Positions 10,946 through 19,300 of a DNA stretch of 44,404 bases are shown here, in pieces. Source of the stretch: Trichoplax adhaerens (lineage: Eukaryota; Animalia; Placozoa); the NCBI RefSeq assembly GCF_000150275.1, contig NW_002060951.1, forward strand, positions 2,339,919 to 2,384,322, in the 5' to 3' direction. Numbering within the stretch: position 1 is the stretch's first letter; each line of letters begins with the position of its first letter. A program made the translations under genes and the position numbers. The notes under the pieces are model-generated. The model had not been told where the DNA came from and made no database searches. It worked only from the letters and a program-made list of their open reading frames with translations.

Positions 10946-13900
10946 GTATTTTTTTGGATGCATTGTCATGAAAATATTGATTTTTACATGACTGCACTGT
11001 TAATGAGAATGGACTTCTATTGACACTCAGGGACTTATATGCCAAGAAAGGAAGTAGAAGTAATCGAACCCGTTCGTGCTACTATAATTCAGCCGAATCA
11101 GGCAATCAAGCTGAGAGCTCGTAAACAAACTACGGTAACGTGTTTATACTTGATAGAATATCTTACATTGTAAAGAGAACTATATTTTAGCTAATTAATA
11201 AGATATACGTAATTGATTAATCGTCAGGATCGAAACGGTGTCGAGCGCGTCACCGGTGAAGAATGGACGGTTAAAAAAGTGGGTGCTTACTTACCCGGTG
11301 CATATGAAGAAGTAATGGGAACATTAGATGCCTACGTCTTGACTGAAAAGGTGCTCGATACAGTTAAACTATGACGCTTTAAAAATGCAACATTCTGGCT
11401 ACTCTACTGTATAATTATAATTGAGGCCTAGATCAAGCAAACTGTAGTGGATAGAGAACAAATCTTAAATTCGTTACCACTGTTCATGATTATTATTTAT
11501 ACATTACTAGAAAGCACTTCACCTGCGTGCTATGCGCACTTTCCGTGATTGCTTCGACATAGAAAGAAAAAATGGTGAGGAATGGCTTGTTACCATGGTT
11601 GAATCTGAAGCTTATATACCTGATGTTTACGAAGAGGTCGTACTTACTTTGATTCATACGGAGTTGATATTTATTTTTTAAATTCTTCACCTCTATTGGC
11701 TATTTAAATAACGGAAAATTTCTTATTCATTAGGTTGTAGGAGTGGTAGATATCACTACCTTAACCAATCGACAGTATGCAGTTATCCTAGATCCCGTCG
11801 GCGCCAACGGGAAACCACAACTTGGTCAAAAAAAGCTAATCAAAGTTAGTAACTTAATTAATATTGCATGTAAGATCATAATGCAAAGCAAACGATCGGC
11901 ATAGTTATTTAACTTTATATTAATACGCGTATTTGCTTTTTAGGGTGAAAAGTCGTTTTTCTTACAACCAAATGAACGCCTTGAGAGTGGAATTCAAAAT
12001 GTGTATGTTCTTGGTGAAGATGAAGGATTGATACTTAAGGCTAAAGAAGAATTTCTTGATACAGAAGATAATAAGACCCCTCGTAAGCCTGGTGATAGGT
12101 GGATGATCCGTGGTCCTATGGAATATGTACCACCAGTTGAGGTTGACGTTGTATCGAAAAGGAAAGCTATTCCTCTGGATGAAAATGAAGGTATTTATGT
12201 CCGCGACGTAAAATCAGGCAAGGTAATATTAGCATAGACTACATATTTTTATATCATTCTTGTATTCGTTATATAAATATCTTTGAACGTCGCTGCGATT
12301 TGGTAGCAAATTCTCGTATTACGCTTAGAGTAATTTAGTTTAAATATCCTACACTTATTTCGCTTGCTCGAAAAATGTTAGGTTAGGTCTATATGCGGCA
12401 AAACTTATATGCTTTCTCAAGATGAGGAATTATGGTCTAAAGAATTACCACCAACTGTCGAAGAGTTGTTAATTAGCAATAAAGACCCACTTGCCGACAG
12501 AGGAAACTATGCAACCAAAACTTCTTCAGCTAAACGTGACAAAACTAAGGTTGTCACGTTCAGAGTGCCACATAATGCGGCGGTACAAATTTATGATTAT
12601 AAGGAAAAAAAAGCGAGGTACCGTAATGCTTCGTATTTATATTGATATTAACTTCCGCCAATTAAAGCAATTGCATTCTTTATTACGTAATTTCTTGTTG
12701 TATATTTAGGGTAGTTCTTGGACCAGACTTGGTCATGCTCCGCCCCGACGAACAGTTTACGCAGATTAGCTTATCTGGTGGTAAACCGAAAAGACCTAAC
12801 CAGATTAAATCCTTATGTCTTTTACTGGGGCCGGATTTCTGTACTGATGTGCTTACTATTGAAACAGCAGATCACGCCAGGCTGCAATTACAGTTGGCTT
12901 ATAATTGGTAAATCAGTTAAATTTTCTGATTCATTATGTTACACGTTTAGAGAACGCGTTACTAAAGATTTAACAACGATTGTAGGCATTTTGAAATATC
13001 TGATAAAACTCAAACTAGTTTAGCAAAGCTTTTTGCAGTCCCGGACTTTATTGGAGATGCTTGTAAAGCGATTGCATCAAGAATTCGAGGGGCAGTTGCC
13101 AGTGTACAATTTGATGATTTCCATAAGGTAATTTTTTTGCATGGGTGAACGTAAAACGTTATCAAAATTTTTAAGAAATTAAGATTTAATGACTCGTGAT
13201 ACGTGATAGTAATTGTAAGCAATAACGAAATGTTATAGAATTCGGCAAAAATCATCTGTGCTGCAGTTTTTGGATACGATAGCGATCGGAAGCTTGGTAG
13301 TCGTTTTATCTTTCCTGCTAATAACTTAGCAATTACAAGCATAGATATACAGTCTGCAGAACCAGTAGATCAAAGAACCAGAGATGCCCTTCAAAAATCT
13401 GTACAGTTAGCTATTGAAATTACAACAAATTCCCAGGAGGCTGCAGCTAGGTATCCTCAGTAACGGCCAAACTTTGTAACTTATTTAGAAGAAACTGATT
13501 AAAATCTCGTCTATATCAGGCATGAAGCTCAAAGACTCGAGCAGGAAGCGAAGGGTCGTTTGGAGCGGCAGAAGATAAGCGATGAGGCGGAAGCTGAGAG
13601 ATCTAGGAAAAATCTCTTAGAATTACAGGCTCAAAGGTATTGAAAATACTACTAACCATTAGTAGAATGTTACAAAATCTAACACACACTTTACTATAGC
13701 GCTGCTGTAGAGTCTAGTGGTCAAGCGAAAGCCGAGGCTCAGTCTAGAGCTGAAGCAGCTAGAATTGAGGGCGAAGCCGCAGTTGAACAAGCAAAACTCA
13801 AAGCCGAAGCCCTAAATATCGAAACGGTACTTATAGCATAATGCGATATACCACTAGTAATGTGAATATACGCGTATACTGTAAAGCGAATACTTCACCT

Positions 13901-14336
13901 AGAATTAGATATCAAAATGACCATAATTTTTCTGGGATTAAAACTACAGACAGCTGAACTCGAACGTTTGACTCACGCTCGCGAAGCCGAAATTAAATAC
14001 GTTAGAGAGCAAAATGAATTGGAAATTTCAAAATCCAAACAAACTGCTATTATCGAAGTCGAAAAATTCGGAAATATGGTTAAAAGTATTGGCTCTGAAA
14101 CTCTACGTGCAATTGCAGTTGCTGGGCCAGAAAATCAGGTACTTTACAGGATTATTAGATTTTTAATTTAATGTCTTTAATTTTCCTACCCTCTTTCATA
14201 GGTTAAGCTTCTGCAGTCTCTTGGAATACAATCGACTCTGATTACTGATGGTTCTAACCCAATTAACCTTTTTAACACTGCATCTGGATTAATCGGTGCA
14301 GTTGAACCGCCACTAAAGCGAGAAAAGCTACAGTAG
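10474..14336 (+). CDS. MVP: Major vault protein. Gene span; 14 coding exons, about 857-864 aa depending on which of three in-frame ATGs is used (10453, 10474 or 10510).
   Basis: End-to-end alignment of the spliced translation with MVP as I recall it: [40 protein letters not shown]...[14 protein letters not shown]...[23 protein letters not shown]...DEWLFEGPG|[13 protein letters not shown]...|...[23 protein letters not shown]...[18 protein letters not shown]|...LADRGN...[18 protein letters not shown]|[17 protein letters not shown]...[30 protein letters not shown]|HFEIS...[35 protein letters not shown]|...[38 protein letters not shown]|[10 protein letters not shown]...|...IAVAGPENQ|[30 protein letters not shown]...*. 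Exons: 10474(10453)-10945, 11031-11134, 11228-11350, 11511-11636, 11734-11844, 11944-12222, 12382-12617, 12710-12907, 12986-13127, 13239-13450, 13520-13636, 13700-13826, 13950-14138, 14202-14336. Total from 10453 is 2592 nt (864 codons) with all phases consistent. Confidence 0.92.
11031..11134 (+). CDS. MVP: MVP exon 2
   Basis: cactcag|gg...acg|gtaacg. Confidence 0.85.
11228..11350 (+). CDS. MVP: MVP exon 3
   Basis: cgtcag|gat...aag|gtgctc. Confidence 0.85.
11511..11636 (+). CDS. MVP: MVP exon 4 (3' boundary 11636 or 11639)
   Basis: tactag|aaa...gaa gag|gtcgta. The alternative gtc|gtactt paired with acceptor ttgtag|gag gives the same phase. Confidence 0.7.
11734..11844 (+). CDS. MVP: MVP exon 5
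   Basis: cattag|gtt...atc aaa|gttagt. Confidence 0.75.
11944..12222 (+). CDS. MVP: MVP exon 6
   Basis: tttttag|ggt...ggc aag|gtaata. Confidence 0.9.
12382..12617 (+). CDS. MVP: MVP exon 7
   Basis: tgttag|gtt...gcg ag|gtaccg. Confidence 0.85.
12710..12907 (+). CDS. MVP: MVP exon 8
   Basis: atttag|g gta...aat tg|gtaaat. Confidence 0.85.
12986..13127 (+). CDS. MVP: MVP exon 9
   Basis: attgtag|g cat ttt gaa (WHFE, completing the conserved YNWHF)...cat aag|gtaatt. Confidence 0.85.
13239..13450 (+). CDS. MVP: MVP exon 10
   Basis: ttatag|aat...gct ag|gtatcc. Confidence 0.9.
13520..13636 (+). CDS. MVP: MVP exon 11
   Basis: atatcag|g cat...caa ag|gtattg. Confidence 0.9.
13700..13826 (+). CDS. 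MVP: MVP exon 12
   Basis: ctatag|c gct...acg|gtactt. Confidence 0.9.
13950..14138 (+). CDS. MVP: MVP exon 13
   Basis: actacag|aca...cag|gtactt. Confidence 0.9.
14202..14336 (+). CDS. MVP: MVP exon 14 (stop tag 14334-14336)
   Basis: tcatag|gtt...cag tag. Confidence 0.9.
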   Translation, partial: VKLLQSLGIQSTLITDGSNPINLFNTASGLIGAVEPPLKREKLQ

Positions 14337-14913
14337 CACTAAAAATTATTGGAAATACAAAGTCAGTAATTTCGTTGGAAATAGTTCGATTCGCCATTGT
14401 GAATCTACTCTTCATCTTGACTACTCATTAAATTGGCCTTCGGCGTTTAGACCTTGACTGGTTAATCTAAATATTTTATTTGTATTATCAAACCTTAATG
14501 GAATTTATGTCACTGCTAGTACAGTACAGCATTAGAATGCTACTTTATTCCCTCAATTATTCTCTATACGTATATACATTTTAAAACGCCTTTTCGCCAA
14601 TAGTCAGTATACTTTAAATGATGTAGCTAAATAAGATGATTTCTTTATTCTTCATTACATAGTAACGTAAGAAAAAGTGCGATCTCTATTAGAAGATAAT
14701 GTGCTGTGCTTAATATATAATTAGCAGATACGAATCTATCATAATTATAAAAGGACCTTTTGTAATAACCATGTAGAAGGTTTTATGATATATTTGATTT
14801 TAAAATATTTCTGATGTTAAAGCTTTCAATAGCAAATCTTATACCAATAACCATCTGATTATGGTAATTGCATATCATTTACATTATGGCGTCAGTTAAA
14901 GCTAGTGATTGCA

Positions 14914-14939
14914 CCCGGGGATACCTATCCGGGTTTTTT
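14914..14939 (+). other. GC-rich hairpin (cccgg-N10-ccggg) immediately followed by a T6 run; unassigned (small-RNA 3'-end-like or terminator-like element)
   Basis: gcaCCCGGggatacctatCCGGGttttttatccgg lies in an otherwise AT-rich intergenic stretch between MVP and the Mondo gene. Confidence 0.3.
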
Positions 14940-15109
14940 ATCCGGCTAAATGGAGCTAGTAGTATTTTTCACCTATCGCTGAGTATCAAAGATCAAATCT
15001 GCACGTACGAAGAAAATCTCTTACCATAAAAGTCTGTGTTTTACTATAAGAACAGTAGCCCTTAGTAACACAAACAAGTCTTAAAGTCTTATTTTATTGT
15101 TATCTTTAC

Positions 15110-15960
15110 AACTACGGTATACTGTACAGTACAGTACAGTATTCCGTTTCAAAGGCATACTGTACTGTACTGTGCAGTAAGTCGTTTTAATTTACAGTAG
15201 TTATAATCTTCCCGCAGCTATTATATATTCGTAATTATACTATATTATGTTGATTAAAGTTCTTGTCTACTTAAAAATCTATAACCACTAATTTTAGTCG
15301 AATATTCAGTACAGTACAGTAGGCCAGGCCAACCCAGCTTGCAAAAACCTGGTACTACTGTACAGTACACTGTACAATATTCATCGCTGAAGCAGCTCTA
15401 TCTATTCTCTTGCCTCTACTGAACCTAATACCAAGTTTCATAAAGTTTGATTAAGATTTAAACTACTGTACTGTATAGTAGTTTAAATCTTAATCTGTAC
15501 ATATTGGGTGGAAAATCATTGTTTGGAGCTCTGCCCACTATGCCAAGGTGATAATAAAAAGTATAGTACATAATAAGCGTATTTGCAGCTTGACAAGTTC
15601 TAGCCTGCTGCTGCCTCAATGTACAAACCTTCGACAGGTGTAACTAGCACTAGCTTGGTTCGAGACGGAGGGACATTCGGCCGGCCTTCAGTACTGTACT
15701 GTACAGTGTACAGTACAAGAGACCAAAGACCGCGCCTGCATCTACAGTACAGTACTGTAGGTTTTATTGTGCTAGGCCGCCTAGGCGTACAGTACTGTAC
15801 TGTACTGTACTGTAGACGTGACTCCCAGGCTAGTGAAATTTTTGTACTGTACCGCACAGTAAAAAAAGGTGTCCACTGTTGTACAGTAGAATACGATACT
15901 ACTGAAGTAGTGTACACTGTAGTGACTGTACCATGTACTGTACAGTACATATCCGATTCA
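15110..15960. repeat. GTAC-palindrome microsatellite tracts (15113-15180, 15307-15378, 15463-15481, 15688-15955) upstream of the Mondo gene
   Basis: Long runs of gtactgtactgtacagtac variants. They create the overlapping spurious ORFs 15600..15980 (-) and 15619..15999 (+). Confidence 0.9.
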
Positions 15961-16118
15961 GTCATCAGTTTAGGTCTCAAGGTAAACGGCGAAATCTAAT
16001 CTTTCACTATTTATTTATGTCGTTGTACAGTATGTAGTTTATTCTTTCTGTTTTTATCGCGAAAACAGAAATAAATTTGATTAGCAAATCCGTTAGTAGG
16101 AATACGAAAATCTTACAG

Positions 16119-16312
16119 ATGGAACGAATTTTTAATACAAATTTGCGACCAGTAAACTCTAATAATGGCAACTTATCTTCTGGCTACAATTTTGCACGTT
16201 TTGGACAAATGCCGAAGCAATACAACTTTTTCAATCGCTATACTCTGTCCGATAAGGTTGCCGATGGTGATTCTTTAGCTCAATTACTCGACTGTTTGAG
16301 ATTGGAATATAG
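16119..16312 (+). CDS. MLXIP: Mondo exon 1 (first ATG after an in-frame stop; start and the existence of further 5' exons uncertain)
   Basis: Ends ...SLAQLLDCLRLEY ag|gtatat (MCR II). Confidence 0.55.
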
Positions 16313-19300
16313 GTATATTGTGATGTATATTCTAATCCAAATTATACCATTTCAAATACAGTATAAGGTATTAAAAAGATTTCAAGGACAGCGCCTCAGT
16401 ACATAATTTGCGGTACTGTACGTGTAGTAATAAGCAATTTTTGTAGTTTAGACAGTACTGTATACTGTACGTATGTCCCGAAAACTTCAGCATGTTCAGT
16501 ACTTACAAAGGGGCACAGTTTCATAATTTACTGTACTGTATTCTATACCGTGGACCGACCGGTTAATTTATTCAGCTCGAAAAATTCATAGAAATATAAC
16601 ATCGACCAATTAATAATTTCCTAATTTTTTAGTTAATTATTAAACCTACAACTCTTTTCATTTTAGTTATTATTTAGGCAAATTTGATGTCTGAACGCAT
16701 TCACTAGAACTGTACAGTACAGTACAGTGTACACTGCACAGTATAGCTGTATTTTAACCAGCACGCGAACTGTATCATACTGTGCTTCCTGCTGTACCGT
16801 ATTGTACAGTACAGTGTTCACCTTATGATCACGTATTCAATGCACTAGTTGGTTGCCATGTCATAAACTGCAAGTGTTTTCCTTATAGTTAAGTACAGTA
16901 ATTGCCATACACTAAGTATTTCAAAATTATTAATACGCAATTTGCTGTCACAAAATGAATTACTAGCCTAAAATTGCAATGAATTATTATCATTAAAATA
17001 TACGATGGCTTGTTTCTGACATTAGCCCCTTCTACAGTATATCGCAAATCCCCAGTTCTCCTATATTTAGTGATATTTAGACTAGTTAATGTAGACTGTA
17101 CAATGTACAGTCTACATTCGTGGTACATTAATTAAGTTAAGTTAACGTTGTCGTGTAGCACATTTATAAACACAAAATATTAACATATCATGAAATCTTT
17201 ATTATGGACTATTATCGACTGGTTTGAAACCCCTTTTTTCTTATATTAGTGACACCTTGCTAACTCCGAGATGGAAGAACTTCAAAAGTCAAAATCTAAA
17301 ATGGGAACAAAAACGGAGATTAAACAACATCATTTGGAGAGCCTGGCACATGCAATGTAAGTTGTATTAAAGTTAACCCTCTGATACTTACAACAGCGCA
17401 AAGTTCTTGCAATAATGTTCTTGTTTCATGCTATACAATTTTCAATAAATATTCAAAATTTTATGACTACATAATTACAGTACGATTGTATCATAACCCG
17501 AGGTTATTCACTATTTATGCTGCAATCGTTAGATAGATTTATTGCGCTATACTGCTTCATTTTTTACGCGTATTAGTCACTTTTGCCGTAACTTATCTTT
17601 ATGTAAAAAAATGTCGTTAGCAATGTGTGAAATATCCAATATACTATTAAGTTCCAAGTAGTATACGAAGTGGTAGATTCAAGACATGCCAACCGATAAA
17701 AGATAAAGAAGTACCTTATAGTACTAAGCTGCCATATATGCTGCGCTTCGTGAATCGTATCCAACAGTTTATAAATATAATTAGAAGCTGCCAATGATCT
17801 TATTGATCTTTTGGATAATGTACATGAAGTTGTTGAACCTGTTTAATTGTAGAATCTTTAGTAAAAAGCCACAATCTGTGCGGTATTACATAATCTTGAT
17901 AACAGTTTTTATGTTGGGACGGAAGAGAAGAGCACAGTATACTATCAGAAACGTATCTATCGTTGCGGTTTTGATGTGCTACGTTCGACATTACGACTAA
18001 CAAGGTCTTCCTATTTAACAGTTCAAAAGCATCGTAACTTGCCATTCTGTAAATTTGCCATCCCTTTCCTTGAAAATATGCACAATAAACCTCAGGTATT
18101 GACGTAATAAAAAGCTCTATATTTAAAGAATTAAAGTAAACCGTTGTATGGATAGCCATGACTACCAATCTATCCTAATTTTAATAATTGATCACTGTAT
18201 TACATCAAGCAATGACAGGAGCGTATCATAAATATTCTTAAATATTTTTCTACATGAAGGCAATCGTAGTAGAAGGTGAACATTGGCGTCGAAGGCTTGA
18301 TGCCATTGCGTCAGAATATAAACGATGGAGATGTTATTTTGGGCAGGTACTTGTATGATCTAGTCGCTAGATTACGAATCTTACCTCTAAAAATGAGATT
18401 TTTGTCTTTATTAGCTAATTGTAATTTTTGATCTTTTCGAAATTTAGACTGTTACACCTCCTGAAACAGAGACACAAGTCATTCTGGGAAATGTCTGTTA
18501 TATTTTGTCTACATCATCATATAACGTTAAATCGATATCGTTTTATAGATTTTTACCTTATTGCTACGTTTTATGTGCTTCTATAGGATGATGAATTATC
18601 GCAACAACTGAATGATGCATCCAATAAATTGATCAAAGAACAATTGACAGGGTTAGTCAACTAAGATATTATTTTGTAAGCAATAGGTCTTGAAGCTGCT
18701 TCATAACTTGAATACCCCCGTTACTGCTGAGAATAATCATTTCAGTATTTTCATTGATAATCTTAATTAGGCCAGGGAATGATAGCGAAATATTCCAAAA
18801 TTCAGCAGATGGTAAGTGTCACAGCTGCAGATTAGAGGTAGTATAACAGCAGTAATTTATCGTAACGGGTATTCACTGCTAGTTATTGTAATTTTTAGAT
18901 TTTTTTTCGTATTGAGTTGTAAGTCGAGTACTGATTTCGAATCTTTCATTACAGTTTTCATGTTACCAGATACGCTCTTTTCCAGTCTAGCACCTGTAGA
19001 CGACTTCAATTCTACCGACGAAAGACTTATGGGTAAGAAAGTCTTCGGTAGTTATTATCATGAAGACGTAGCAAAAGAATAATAATAGATTACGTTGTTC
19101 TTTAATATAGATACAGCAGATTTAATCCAACCAACCCTTGATCAATTACAGCCGTCTGTTGCAGATTTATTGGCTACGATGGAAGATAACGGTGAGAGCA
19201 TTATTTCGATATTAAAAAATGCATGCTTTAACAATTGACTATTTAATGCGAATTGCAGTTAGCTAAATTTCTTTCCATATAACCATGTCTTTACGACAAA

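Noticed and set aside
12491-13342. ORFs 12491..12709, 12718..13023, 12729..12911 (+) and 13010..13342 (-)
   Set aside because: Wrong-frame or intron-read-through translations around MVP exons 7-10. The correct frames splice out of them.
15600-15999. Overlapping 126-aa ORFs on both strands (15600..15980 - and 15619..15999 +) rich in VQYSTV/CTVQY peptides
   Set aside because: Both are translations of the GTAC-palindrome microsatellite. Because the repeat is its own reverse complement, both strands stay open. Low complexity and no codon structure. The same explanation covers ORFs 968..1189, 26706..26990, 30865..31062, 31047..31271, 32483..32758, 32542..32730, 32939..33211, 33064..33282 and 39678..39953.
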